The notes under the pieces: generated by a model
Database searches by the model: none
The model's input: only the letters and a program-made list of their open reading frames with translations
Told to the model about the DNA's origin: nothing
Shown: in pieces, positions 18,129-27,598 of the stretch
Position numbering within the stretch: position 1 is the stretch's first letter
Layout: each line of letters opens with the position of its first letter
From: a virus
Taxonomy: Duplodnaviria; Caudoviricetes
Length of the DNA stretch: 62,944 nucleotides
Strand: one strand, 5' to 3'
IMG/VR virus record: IMGVR_UViG_3300025853_000079
Location: 1-62,944 of that record
Program-made: the position numbers and the translations under genes

Positions 18129-18554
18129 TTATTCCGCGAAGACGCGGATTCGAATGGCCGGTCCGTGCTTCCGATGCCCGGCGTCCTGCCGGTAGTCGCA
18201 TTGGGTGATCCACTTCGGGCTGTCGTCGTGAAACCAGCCGATCGCGACCAGAGCGTCAACGAGCTCTTTGGCGTTGCCTCGACCGATGCTGTCGAAGTCC
18301 CAGAAATGCTGCCCTTTGCCCAGGATTCGCGTGATCTCGATGCGGACGGGATGCCCGAATGGCTTCCGTGCGAGCCCCAGCAGTGACAGGTCACGCTCGA
18401 ACTCGTCGCGGCGTTTCTTTGCAGCCTGCCAGCTCTTCTGACGCCCGTCGTTCTCGTTGGTGAGTTCCAGCGGCAGGAGCTTGTCGACCAGTGATTTTTC
18501 GCGTGACGCATTCATTTGGTTAGCGCTAACCTCTGTTTGAATATATACTGCCAT
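18129..18554 (-). CDS. RusA-like Holliday junction resolvase
   Basis: WDFDSI...KELVDALV...GWFHDDSPKWI acidic triad; start uncertain. Confidence 0.7.
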   Translation of the reverse strand: MAVYIQTEVSANQMNASREKSLVDKLLPLELTNENDGRQKSWQAAKKRRDEFERDLSLLGLARKPFGHPVRIEITRILGKGQHFWDFDSIGRGNAKELVDALVAIGWFHDDSPKWITQCDYRQDAGHRKHGPAIRIRVFAE

Positions 18555-18567
18555 CGTTGAGCCCAGG

Positions 18568-19056
18568 TCATTGCTGCGGGATCGCGGCGTGCCCGACGTC
18601 GCGCTTGCTAACCTCGTTCTCCCAGACGAACGTCGCACAGTCGATCGCGTCCCCGATGTGCCAGCCGTTTGCCAGTTGATCCAGACCGCCGAGCAGCTCC
18701 CGCACGGCCGCCAGCCCTTCGCCCTTGTGGTCTTCAGCCTGCCGGATGCCCTGTGATGATTTCAGGACCGAGTGACTCAGCCGGCCGATCACGTCGAGAT
18801 CCAGTCGCCCGCCTCGCAGCGGCGTCTCTGGCATCTGCCAGCCCATGCGGGTGCAGACGTCGCAGAGATAGATCACGACGTCGCCGATCGCGTCCTCGAC
18901 CGCGTTTGCCTTCCTCACGACGAGAGCTCTCGACAGTTCGCCAAGTTCCTCGACGACGCCAGCCAGCGGCGCGAGAGCAGCGGTTGCTCCGCGTTCGCTG
19001 CCGAATCGTTTTGCTGCCCATTCGGCCTGCTCGGCCTGCAGTTGCTCGTAGGTCAT
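18568..19056 (-). CDS. MazG-like nucleotide pyrophosphohydrolase
   Basis: GVVEELGEL...EDAIGDVVIYL. Confidence 0.75.
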   Translation of the reverse strand: MTYEQLQAEQAEWAAKRFGSERGATAALAPLAGVVEELGELSRALVVRKANAVEDAIGDVVIYLCDVCTRMGWQMPETPLRGGRLDLDVIGRLSHSVLKSSQGIRQAEDHKGEGLAAVRELLGGLDQLANGWHIGDAIDCATFVWENEVSKRDVGHAAIPQQ

Positions 19057-19123
19057 TTCGCTTCGCTCCGTTGTCAGGTAAGGCACCCTCTGGTGCTGGT
19101 GAAATCCGCTGCTTGTTCACTAG

Positions 19124-19378
19124 ATGGTGTCACGGTGTCACGGCGTTTCTATATATAAGAGCCGAAAAACGCTCAAAAACGCTCAAAACAGAAGAACAGA
19201 GAAATCAGGTAAATAGTGTGACACCATTTAATAATACCCCTTATTTCCTAGTTCTTTTCTTCTTGAAATGGTGTCACAGATTGCTGTCACGGGGGTTGTG
19301 ACACCGTGACGCCATTTTGCTGTTTTCGAGCGATTGGCGGCATGGTGTCACGGGCAGTGTGACACCATTTGTGACACC
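19124..19378. repeat. Probable replication origin with iterons
   Basis: About ten GGTGTCAC/GTGACACC-type copies in both orientations, an AT-rich core and tandem AAAAACGCTC, directly downstream of the primase gene. Confidence 0.7.
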
Positions 19379-21612
19379 TATTTTCTCTTGATGTACACTA
19401 CTTCTGCCCCGTTGTTCGCAGTGCGATTTTCGATCTCGACGTAGCCACACTGGACGAGGTAGTCGAGGACTGAATGAGCGATTTTCGAACTGTTCCGAAC
19501 GGCCGTACGCATGAAATCCCGCCAGGGCATCGGAGTGCCGTCGGCCTTCAGTTTTCGCAGTGCTTTCAGGGCGAGACGCTCAAAATCGTTGTCAGCAACG
19601 TGCAGATCGGCCTGATGCAGCATTCGCCGCGTACACCAGTTCGATACAGCAATCGCCCGGTTGACGTCCTGCAGCTCGATTTCGAGCGTCTCGTCGAGGT
19701 TTCCGTCTTCGATTTGCTCAGCAGTCGCTCGGCTCGCTGCGAACAGCAGCGCTAACTTGCTCGTTTTCTCAGGCGTTCCACGCCAGACGGCTGCGGTTTC
19801 CGGCTTTTCCTTCTTGGTACGGCCGTTGGTCTCGTTGGCGTGCTGCCAGTAGCGTTCCTCGGCTTCTGCCGTGTGAGCAATAATCAGCGGACTGCTGCCG
19901 TCGATCTCGGCAAGGTTTCCGCGGTGCGGCTTCAAGTCACCCCAGGCGCGAGCAACTCGCAGAATTCGCTCCGGCGGTCCGTTGGGAAAACGCTCCGGCT
20001 TCTGCATGTCGACATAGCCGTTGTCGACGGTAGGCATTTCGAAAATCAGAAAGCGGCCCAGCAGTCCGCCAGTGACGTTTTCAGATGTGATCGCTTCCCA
20101 GAACGACGACGGAACTCCCGTTCCGTAGACGATCGCGTGAGGGAAGTTCAGCGTTATGTTGCGTTTCTCGTCGGCATAGGCATCACCTTTGACGATCGTG
20201 CTGGAGCCGCTCCAGAGCTTGAGTAGCTCGCTGTTGATCTTGAATAGGTGCGGCGATCGTTTGGCGTCCTGCATCGTCGACAGCAGGTGAGAAATCTCAT
20301 CGACCTGGAACAGTCGAACCGGGTTTGATTCGAGTGATTTCGTGAGCCCAGAGCCTGACGCCCAGCTCTCGGGACCAAGTAGCCGATCGAGGCCAGCGTA
20401 GAGCATGATCGATTTGTTGAGTTGACGGCCGTGCTCCTTGCCGCCACGAGTCGGAGCGAGTCCGCAGAAATAGGCGTTCGTCCGAGTGCCCCAGAGTGCA
20501 TCAGCGATCTTGTGACTGGTCAGCGTTGCCATCAGGGCCAAATGAGCCGGCAATGCAATCTGCGGTAACGGGTAGAGTGCAGTTCTCAGGTTGTGATCGA
20601 TGACGTCGCCGATGAATCCAGGTGGACGCAGGGCATCCTTCGGAAAGTTCTCTGGTGTTGGATGAATCTCGGCCTTCGGCGAATTTGCCTGCTCTACCGA
20701 TTGAAACAGGGCCGTCAGATTCGGATCCGGCCCGCGATACGTTTGACCGGTCAGAAGATGCCCGCGTTGCCCGCCGAGCTTGTTCGCTTCGTCGAGCTTT
20801 CGTCGCAGGTCGCGTTCGCTCCAAGGTGGTTCGCAGGTCGCGTTCCAGTCACAGAAGACCGGCCAGGCGTCGTCGATCGCCATCGCGAAGCCGAGCATCA
20901 GGACGCAGGCAGCGTGATACGTTCGATCGTGCCCGTGTTGCCCGCTGACTGCCGGCGGCATCTTCGCGAGGTAGCGGGCTGCCCGCTCCTGGATGCTCAG
21001 CTGCCCGGAACTCGGTGCCGGGCTGGTCCCGGTATTTGGCTGGGGCTTCGGCGGCTCTGGCTCACTGAAAAACTTCTTGTAGAGCCGGTCGATCTGCGGC
21101 TGGCAGGGCTTGATCGACGAATCCGCGAGCCCTTCCCAGCGTTGTGATGTCAGCGTGAAGAACCTGCCGGAACTGTAGACCTCGATGCCCGGAGATTTGC
21201 CCTCGCGTTCCTCGATGATCGTCTTGCGGCCGCGTTCGATGTTGCCGTAGACCCAGACCTTGAGGCCTCGGCCGCTTGGGCTGATTTCGGCGTACGAATC
21301 AAAGCTGGCCAGCCAGGTGAGAGCCCATTCTGCGATGTTGCCGCGATCGTCGAGGCACTCGTCGAAATCGACACCGACGAGCCCGTCACCGTCCGCGAAG
21401 CAGAAGCCGAGCCCGCTCAGGTTGCCGTTGACGGCCAGAGCATCGCAGGCCGTCTGGAAATCGCACCACGTGGTGTGATCGTTGGATTTCGCCGGCTGTG
21501 ATGTGCGAGCGTTGATCGGCACCTTGCGGCCGTCGCGATCCTGCCAGCAGACCCATTGATCGAGCTCGCGAAGTTCGACAGGGATCAGTTCGGTGTCGAG
21601 TGTCATCAGCAT
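19378..21612 (-). CDS. AEP primase-polymerase fused to a DUF3987-like helicase region
   Basis: IPVELRELDQWVCW, VGVDFDEC, YAEISPSGRGLKVW, PriCT-like PPWSERDL, then GLAPTRGGKE and VDEI. Confidence 0.85.
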   Translation of the reverse strand: MLMTLDTELIPVELRELDQWVCWQDRDGRKVPINARTSQPAKSNDHTTWCDFQTACDALAVNGNLSGLGFCFADGDGLVGVDFDECLDDRGNIAEWALTWLASFDSYAEISPSGRGLKVWVYGNIERGRKTIIEEREGKSPGIEVYSSGRFFTLTSQRWEGLADSSIKPCQPQIDRLYKKFFSEPEPPKPQPNTGTSPAPSSGQLSIQERAARYLAKMPPAVSGQHGHDRTYHAACVLMLGFAMAIDDAWPVFCDWNATCEPPWSERDLRRKLDEANKLGGQRGHLLTGQTYRGPDPNLTALFQSVEQANSPKAEIHPTPENFPKDALRPPGFIGDVIDHNLRTALYPLPQIALPAHLALMATLTSHKIADALWGTRTNAYFCGLAPTRGGKEHGRQLNKSIMLYAGLDRLLGPESWASGSGLTKSLESNPVRLFQVDEISHLLSTMQDAKRSPHLFKINSELLKLWSGSSTIVKGDAYADEKRNITLNFPHAIVYGTGVPSSFWEAITSENVTGGLLGRFLIFEMPTVDNGYVDMQKPERFPNGPPERILRVARAWGDLKPHRGNLAEIDGSSPLIIAHTAEAEERYWQHANETNGRTKKEKPETAAVWRGTPEKTSKLALLFAASRATAEQIEDGNLDETLEIELQDVNRAIAVSNWCTRRMLHQADLHVADNDFERLALKALRKLKADGTPMPWRDFMRTAVRNSSKIAHSVLDYLVQCGYVEIENRTANNGAEVVYIKRK

Positions 21613-21649
21613 TCCGTGCTCTTCCGTGCGGTTGTTCCGTCAGTATCAT

Positions 21650-22006
21650 TCAGTTGTCGAGCTTATTTTTTTCAGTCTCTTCATCTATCAGTTGAATCTC
21701 TTCACGAAATCCCAGCTTGAGCATGTCACTGCGTGTTCCAACATCGATGTATCCATCAAGTCTTATCACGTAGGTCATAACGAGCTGCCCGCTCAGGCAC
21801 GTCAACGTGAATGCCGCGCCACCTCCTTCCAGGACATTATGGTTGTAAACCTTGCCTGCTATTGCTTTCGCAAGCTGCTCGCCAGTGAATCCAGAAACCT
21901 TGATCAGGTCGTCGCCAATTGAGATTGGAATCATGCCGGGAGGACATTTCTCAACAGCTTCTTTTGGTGTCATATCGTTTAAGCGGATTGGCCTTCCGTT
22001 GCTCAT
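21650..22006 (-). CDS. Hypothetical protein (lower GC)
   Basis: GAGGAG site before MSNGRP; the longer tracked ORF overlaps the helicase. Confidence 0.55.
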   Translation of the reverse strand: MSNGRPIRLNDMTPKEAVEKCPPGMIPISIGDDLIKVSGFTGEQLAKAIAGKVYNHNVLEGGGAAFTLTCLSGQLVMTYVIRLDGYIDVGTRSDMLKLGFREEIQLIDEETEKNKLDN

Positions 22007-22017
22007 TGTTCTTCTCC

Positions 22018-23907
22018 TCAGAACGGAATTTCGTCGTCTTCCATATCCACACCGGCAAGGCACGGTGCCCATTCTTCCGGCGGTTCTTCGTCGAACTCGT
22101 AGCCGATGATCCGGTCCCAGCGGCCTTCCTTCGTGACCGTGATGCGTCGCGGCTGGATGATTGATTCCCAGCAGATCAGCGCGTCGTCGACGCTCAGCGG
22201 GATCGCGGCCGTCGAGCGTTCCTGCCACCAGGCTTCGGCCTTCTGGCGTGCATAGCCTTCGTGATTGAAGCAAACCCACTCGGAGACCTCTTTCTCCTCG
22301 AGGTTGCCGGCTTCTCCTGGGATGTTGTTCGGGTGCTGGAGCCTCTTGACCCACTGACCACAGTGCCCACAGACCAGGCTGGCCTGATACTTTCCGTCTT
22401 CATGCTTGACGGTTGGGATCGTTGCGAGGTGTCCGCATCCACATTGTGCCGGAGTCGGCTTGTTCCACTCGAAATATGCTTCCGCTTCTTCCTCGGTCAT
22501 CGGCTCGGCTGCTTCGGCATCAGCTGGCACAACTGTGTAGATCACTCGCAGCGTTGTCGGAGCGTCCGGGTTGTTCTTCTTCTCATGCTCGACGGCTCGC
22601 ACAGCCTGAACCGTGTAGACCTGCGGTTCAGCGTTGAGCAGAGCGTTCTCATCATCGGCTTCGGTGCCGTGTGACGGCCTGGGATCGGGGAACAGAAACC
22701 CGCATTCCTGGCATTCGCGAGCAGCTGCCGGCACGTCGGTCTCGCAGTTCGGGCAGAGCTTCCCACGGCCGTTGCGTTCTTCAGCCGAGCCGCCAGTGCT
22801 GCGGAAGTCCGCGCGACCGTAGTTCGGATCGTCAAGCGGTCCGTGTCGTTCGATGTTGCCGCCGAAATCGAGAACCAGGCAGTTTGATTTTGTGGGATGC
22901 AGTCGCAGGCCTCGGCCGACGATCTGAGCGAACAGGCCGGGGCTCATCGTCGCACGCAGAACAGCAACGCAGTCGATGCGGGGATTGTCGAAGCCCGTTG
23001 TCAGGACGTCGCAGTTCGTGAGCCATCGCAGCTCGCCAGAGCTGAAGCGTCGCAGGGTCGCCTCGCGTTCCAGTGGACCGGTTTCTCCGGTCACCGTGCC
23101 ACATTCCTGGTTCGTGCATTCTTCAAGAACTCTGGCGACCTGCTCAGCGTGTTCGACGCCAGAGCAGAAGACGAGGATTGACTTCCGGTCTTTCGTCTTG
23201 TCGATGATCTCCTGACAGGCAATCAGGATCTCGTCAGTGTGACCGAACACGGCAGCCATCGAGCTCGTAACGAACTCACCGCCACGGACCTTGATGGCCG
23301 TGGTATCGGTCTGATGCTGTGCTGGTTTGTTTGTCAGCGGGCACAGGAATCCCTCGTTGATCAGCTGGCCGGTCTGCACCTCGTAACAGATGCGTTCGAA
23401 CATTCGCCCCTTGCCGGCCAGCGGCCCGCTGGAGCAGCGGTAGGGCGTCGCTGTCAGGCCGATCGGTCGGATGTTCGGGCAGATGAATTGCAGTTCGCGC
23501 AGGTACTGCTGATACATGCCATCGCCGTCCGGCGGTATCAAATGCGACTCGTCGATGATGACCAGCTCACGACGTCCGAACTCGCCGGCCTTGTTGTAGA
23601 CCGACTGGATGCCGCCGCAGATGATGTCGGCCTCAGTGTCTCGCTGACTCAGGCCCGCCGAGTAGATGCCTATCTTTTCGTCAGGCAGCAGTGCCTGAAT
23701 CTTCGCGGCGTTCTGTCGCAGGAGTTCTTTGCGGTGAGCCAGAACGAGCGTGCGGCCGTCCCATTTGCGAGCCTGCTGAGCGAGCATCGCGATCACGAGA
23801 GACTTGCCAGCACCGGTCGGAAGCACGACCAGCGGAGAGCCGGTTGAGGCTCTCATGTGCTGCCAGACAGCGTCGACAGCTTCAGATTGATACCAGCGTG
23901 GCGTCAT
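22018..23907 (-). CDS. SF2 DExH helicase (RadD/YejH-like) with Zn ribbon
   Basis: PTGAGKS, DESH, GLTATP, TTGFD, QIVGRGLR and CxxC pairs. Confidence 0.9.
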   Translation of the reverse strand: MTPRWYQSEAVDAVWQHMRASTGSPLVVLPTGAGKSLVIAMLAQQARKWDGRTLVLAHRKELLRQNAAKIQALLPDEKIGIYSAGLSQRDTEADIICGGIQSVYNKAGEFGRRELVIIDESHLIPPDGDGMYQQYLRELQFICPNIRPIGLTATPYRCSSGPLAGKGRMFERICYEVQTGQLINEGFLCPLTNKPAQHQTDTTAIKVRGGEFVTSSMAAVFGHTDEILIACQEIIDKTKDRKSILVFCSGVEHAEQVARVLEECTNQECGTVTGETGPLEREATLRRFSSGELRWLTNCDVLTTGFDNPRIDCVAVLRATMSPGLFAQIVGRGLRLHPTKSNCLVLDFGGNIERHGPLDDPNYGRADFRSTGGSAEERNGRGKLCPNCETDVPAAARECQECGFLFPDPRPSHGTEADDENALLNAEPQVYTVQAVRAVEHEKKNNPDAPTTLRVIYTVVPADAEAAEPMTEEEAEAYFEWNKPTPAQCGCGHLATIPTVKHEDGKYQASLVCGHCGQWVKRLQHPNNIPGEAGNLEEKEVSEWVCFNHEGYARQKAEAWWQERSTAAIPLSVDDALICWESIIQPRRITVTKEGRWDRIIGYEFDEEPPEEWAPCLAGVDMEDDEIPF

Positions 23908-23913
23908 TGCCCC

Positions 23914-24502
23914 TCGACTCCGTTCGTGTGTTCCATCAGATCAATTCAGTAAGGCGGGTTATCCATATCCATAACCGTGACCAGATATCCGACCAATTTA
24001 AGCATGTTCTCGATTTCGCGAGTGTCACGACACATGCCGGGATCAACGGCAACTATTGGCCAGGTGGATTTGTTTTTCAGCGATTGGAGTCCGGCCATTG
24101 TTTTGATTGAATCAAACTGAATGACTCGTTCACCGAATCCCGCTTTTTGTATCCAACTCGTTTTTCCCGATGCTGGTCTCCCTGTGACCAGAACCGCGAT
24201 TGGCGGGCACCCGACGATTGCACTGTCGATGAACTCTCTGGCATGATCGAGCAGACATTCCGCGTAATGAACCGGCTTTATTCCGGCAGCCAGGCACTCC
24301 GCGACAAACTCGCAGCGTTCGTTCCACTTGTCATCATGCTCGACTTCGTAGACCAACGAGTCGCATCGATCGCTGATGTCATCCTGTGATATGAAATAGC
24401 CGCTAAGCCACAGCCCGGCGATGTCTTTAGGGTCGCATTCGCCAGCGTGTTCGCGGTGGCATTTACTGCATTTATCCATGTCGACTCCGTTCGTGTGTTC
24501 CA
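23914..24502. repeat. 22-bp direct repeat TCGACTCCGTTCGTGTGTTCCA
   Basis: Exact copies at 23914-23935 and 24481-24502. Confidence 0.85.
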
Positions 24503-24503
24503 C
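23946..24503 (-). CDS. Hypothetical protein with a degenerate P-loop
   Basis: VLVTGRPASGKTS; lower GC; probably starts at MDKCSKC. Confidence 0.6.
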   Translation of the reverse strand: MEHTNGVDMDKCSKCHREHAGECDPKDIAGLWLSGYFISQDDISDRCDSLVYEVEHDDKWNERCEFVAECLAAGIKPVHYAECLLDHAREFIDSAIVGCPPIAVLVTGRPASGKTSWIQKAGFGERVIQFDSIKTMAGLQSLKNKSTWPIVAVDPGMCRDTREIENMLKLVGYLVTVMDMDNPPY

Positions 24504-24579
24504 ACCAAAGGCAGCAGCCTGCCAACCTCACCACTTCCCGCGATTCCATGCAGTAGCAGGTGACGCATCACGCCCCGAT

Positions 24580-25530
24580 TCACTCGCCGATCGTTCGCTT
24601 ACGAATCCAGCTCGAGAGCCCATCGATTGCGTCGATGATCTCGTCGCGGGTCTGAACCATCTCCGGCCCGACGTCCGGAATCTCAATCAGGAGCAGCTGC
24701 CTTGCCACGCCTGCCAGCTTCTCGCGATCGGTCTGCCCGACCGGCTCTGCAACGACTGGCGTTTCAGGCTGCGGTTCCGTATCTGCTTTCGCGGCTTCGA
24801 GCTGTCGCTGCTGTTCCGCGAGCTCGGCCTTCTGTCGTTCCAGTTCGGCACGTTCGGCTCTCAGACGCTCAGCTTCTTCCTGCTGACGCTTCGCTTCTTC
24901 CGCTCGCAGTCGTTCGAGCTCGGCCCGCTCTTCTTCTTCCCGTTTCTTCTGAGCTTCGCGAGCCTCGTGTGCGGTTTGCTCGTTCGCGAGGAGCGTTGCA
25001 AACTCGCTGTCGTCGAGCTTCTTGAGGAATGACTCGTCAGGGATGACTTCCGCGAATGGCTTCAGGGCTTCGATCCGCTTGTCGAGCCACTCACGTTCAA
25101 TCCGCTTCTTCTCAGCCTTGATCGCGTCCACCTGGTTTGTCAGGTGGTTCTCGATGGGTTCCAGCAGCCCCTTGAGCCGCTTCGCTTCCGCGTCGACCTT
25201 GCGGCCGTATTCGAGAGCGTCGGCCTTCAGTTCCTTACGGGTTGCCTCGACCGTGCTGCGAATCTTCTTGACGTCCTTTCGGGCCGCGTCGCAGGCTTCA
25301 AAGCCCTCCTTGTCGTCGACACCTTTGATCGTCAGCGGCAGGTACTTCTCAGCCAGCTCGTCGATCGCCGCGTCAGCGACCGGGTACTTGATGACCCGCG
25401 TCGCGTCGGCTGGTACTTCGTTGACCAGCTCAGGCTCGGCCGTCTTCGGGTGTTCGTCGAACACGGGATCCGCTTCGAGCTCGTTCAACTTCAGTTGTTC
25501 CTGGACGTCTTCCATCAGTGTGTCAGCCAT
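24580..25530 (-). CDS. Coiled-coil phage protein (DUF1351-like)
   Basis: RKELKADALEYGRKVDAEAK...LLEPIENHL pattern in the recombination block. Confidence 0.7.
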   Translation of the reverse strand: MADTLMEDVQEQLKLNELEADPVFDEHPKTAEPELVNEVPADATRVIKYPVADAAIDELAEKYLPLTIKGVDDKEGFEACDAARKDVKKIRSTVEATRKELKADALEYGRKVDAEAKRLKGLLEPIENHLTNQVDAIKAEKKRIEREWLDKRIEALKPFAEVIPDESFLKKLDDSEFATLLANEQTAHEAREAQKKREEEERAELERLRAEEAKRQQEEAERLRAERAELERQKAELAEQQRQLEAAKADTEPQPETPVVAEPVGQTDREKLAGVARQLLLIEIPDVGPEMVQTRDEIIDAIDGLSSWIRKRTIGE

Positions 25531-25568
25531 TGCCTCTACCTCGATTCAAAAAAACAGTTTGCAGTCAG

Positions 25569-25659
25569 TGGCTCCGGCAGGATTTGAACCTGCAAGGGGT
25601 CCAGCAGTCCCCGCATCGATCGCTGGTGTAGATGCTGCGACAACCAGTCGCACGGAGCC
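25569..25659 (-). ncRNA. tRNA-like element 1 (non-canonical anticodon loop, long variable arm)
   Basis: Acceptor GGCTCCG/CGGAGCC, T-arm GCAGG-TTCAAAT-CCTGC, D stem CGAC/GTCG, and GCATC/GATGC closing a 13-nt loop. Confidence 0.75.
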
Positions 25660-25740
25660 GAATGCTCGTCTCTCCGAGCTGTCACGCCTGTGCCTTTTGA
25701 TCCAGGATGGCATTCCGGCGTCCCCGCCCACCGATTCGAT

Positions 25741-26244
25741 CTACTGAGGAGCGGCCCACGGAGCGGCGTCGCCACCGACACCAGCGCCGACAGGCTGCTG
25801 AGCCTGTGCGGCCGGAGCTGCGGCCTGCTGCGGTGCAGCGGCCTGCTCGCCACGCGGCTTGTAGCCCTTCACTTCGTTGGACGGGTTGCCCTTGTCGTCC
25901 TTCGTCACGACAACGCGACAACGCAGCGGCCTGTTGTGCAGCTCGGCCGAGTCCTTCGGAGTCATCACGCCGATCGCTCGGCAGATGGCCGACAGCGTGC
26001 CCTTTGCTATCTGTACGGCCTTGTCGTTCGGGTTGAACAGGTTCAATCGGTCCCAGAGCTGACGGTTCTGGAACGGGCCGTTCAGCACCTGCAGCGTCAG
26101 CTCCAGGTAACGACCAGTGTTCGCTTTCGTCGGCTTCATCTTCGAGTCGATGATGATCACCTCGTACTCGCCTGCAGGCAGGGGCTCGAAGCCCTGGTTC
26201 GGTTCGACAGTGTTCGCGTCGAAACTCATTCCTAACTCAGCCAT
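25741..26244 (-). CDS. DUF669-family protein (putative ssDNA binding)
   Basis: FEPLPAGEYEVII...YLELTLQVL.GPFQNRQLWDRLNL. Confidence 0.85.
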   Translation of the reverse strand: MAELGMSFDANTVEPNQGFEPLPAGEYEVIIIDSKMKPTKANTGRYLELTLQVLNGPFQNRQLWDRLNLFNPNDKAVQIAKGTLSAICRAIGVMTPKDSAELHNRPLRCRVVVTKDDKGNPSNEVKGYKPRGEQAAAPQQAAAPAAQAQQPVGAGVGGDAAPWAAPQ

Positions 26245-26265
26245 CGGTAACACCTCATTCAAACA

Positions 26266-27205
26266 GAGAAACAGAAACACTCACTCACACGTTGATTCGC
26301 TGGTGCGGTCAGGCAATGACCGGCTGCGGCTTGCTGGAACCGTCTTTGACGATGCCGTCGATGTTGCCGGCGGGCTCCGCTGGAACGGTCGGCGGCTGAT
26401 ACGCTTCCGGCTGCGGAACAGGTGCCGGCTGAGCTCCCGGCAGGTACTGAGCGTACGCCTGCCAGGTGAAATCAATTTCCGCCGGCAGGCCGAGTCGGTT
26501 CTTCGCGACGACGGCCGCGGTCTCGGTCGTTCTCAGGTATCGCTCGCCCTGACCGACAGCGATCGCCCGCTCCTTGCCGAACCCTTGATCCTCTTTGCGG
26601 ACATAGGTGCGGTAGCTCGCAAAGAGCACTTCGTCAGACCACTCCTGCCAGAGCGCCGACGCCGCGTCATGCAGGGCCGGTCGGTAGCGGTCGTAACTGT
26701 CCTGTTCCGGACTATCGAAGCGTTTGATCTCAGCGTGAGCCAGGGCGATCGTGCCCATGCTCATCTTGTTGCGGAGGTAGTCGAGAGCAGTCTGGATTTC
26801 ATTCCAGATGGCCAGGGCTCGCTTGTATCCAGCTCCATAGCCGATGTCGCCGATCGACTTCTTGCCGGCTTCCTCGGCAATGTGCCCCCAGATGATCTGC
26901 TCCAGGTGATCCAGGGTGTCGATCGCCAGCCACTTGAAAGACTCCTCACCGAGTGCGAGGTATTTCAGAGCGGCCATCAGGTCACCGACAGTCTTGATCT
27001 GCTCGGTCTTCGCGCAGTCGATGTCGTCAAGTCCATCCTCGACGTTCAGAAACAACACGTCCGGAGACTGTGCTGCCCAGGTGGATTTGCCGACGCCATG
27101 CACGCCATAGAGCATGATGCGACGGCCCGGTTTCGGTGTCTTACCTCGCACGATCTTCATTGCCTCACCTCACGAATTGAGAAACAGAAACACTCACTCA
27201 CACGT
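26266..27205. repeat. 27-bp direct repeat GAGAAACAGAAACACTCACTCACACGT
   Basis: Exact copies at 26266-26292 and 27179-27205, in the leaders of the DUF669 and Sak4-like genes. Confidence 0.85.
26309..27160 (-). CDS. Sak4-like AAA_24 ATPase/recombinase
   Basis: LYGVHGVGKST, AIDTLD, GYGAGY and AKNR motifs; adjacent to DUF669. Confidence 0.85.
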   Translation of the reverse strand: MKIVRGKTPKPGRRIMLYGVHGVGKSTWAAQSPDVLFLNVEDGLDDIDCAKTEQIKTVGDLMAALKYLALGEESFKWLAIDTLDHLEQIIWGHIAEEAGKKSIGDIGYGAGYKRALAIWNEIQTALDYLRNKMSMGTIALAHAEIKRFDSPEQDSYDRYRPALHDAASALWQEWSDEVLFASYRTYVRKEDQGFGKERAIAVGQGERYLRTTETAAVVAKNRLGLPAEIDFTWQAYAQYLPGAQPAPVPQPEAYQPPTVPAEPAGNIDGIVKDGSSKPQPVIA

Positions 27206-27214
27206 CATTTCCAG

Positions 27215-27289
27215 TGATCCCGGCAGGAGTCGAACCTGCTCAGCAACGCGTCGGGCCAGATCGCTTTGCCGCCTCCACAGTGCGGGATC
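27215..27289 (-). ncRNA. tRNA-like element 2
   Basis: Acceptor GATCCCG/CGGGATC, T-arm GCAGG-TTCGACT-CCTGC, minimal D arm and irregular anticodon arm. Confidence 0.7.
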
Positions 27290-27319
27290 AATGCACGCCA
27301 GCAGCGTGCGGAGTTCCAG

Positions 27320-27505
27320 TTATGCCGCTTTGGCGGCGTATTCGTCGATCAGCTCGCTGCGAATGATCTCCCAGTGCTGGTCAGCCTTGATTCCGATCCG
27401 CACGACCTGCGGTCGAATCTCGGTCGGCTTGACCTCGATCGATTCGCCGGTCTTGCGATGCAGCAGGACAATCGTTTCACCCTTCTTCCGTGACAGAACC
27501 AGCAT
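27320..27505 (-). CDS. csrA: Carbon storage regulator (CsrA-family RNA-binding protein)
   Basis: MLVLSRKKGETI...VVRIGIKA...IIRSEL. Confidence 0.85.
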   Translation of the reverse strand: MLVLSRKKGETIVLLHRKTGESIEVKPTEIRPQVVRIGIKADQHWEIIRSELIDEYAAKAA

Positions 27506-27598
27506 GTTTCGCTCCTTCCGTTGGATTGAAAAACCGGGCGACGTACTGCCGATAGTTGACGCCGCCCGGCGTCACCACGACGGCAACGAGCCGCCGAA

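Noticed and set aside
19124-19378. CRISPR array
   Set aside because: Repeats are 8-12 bp, in both orientations and irregularly spaced; no cas genes.
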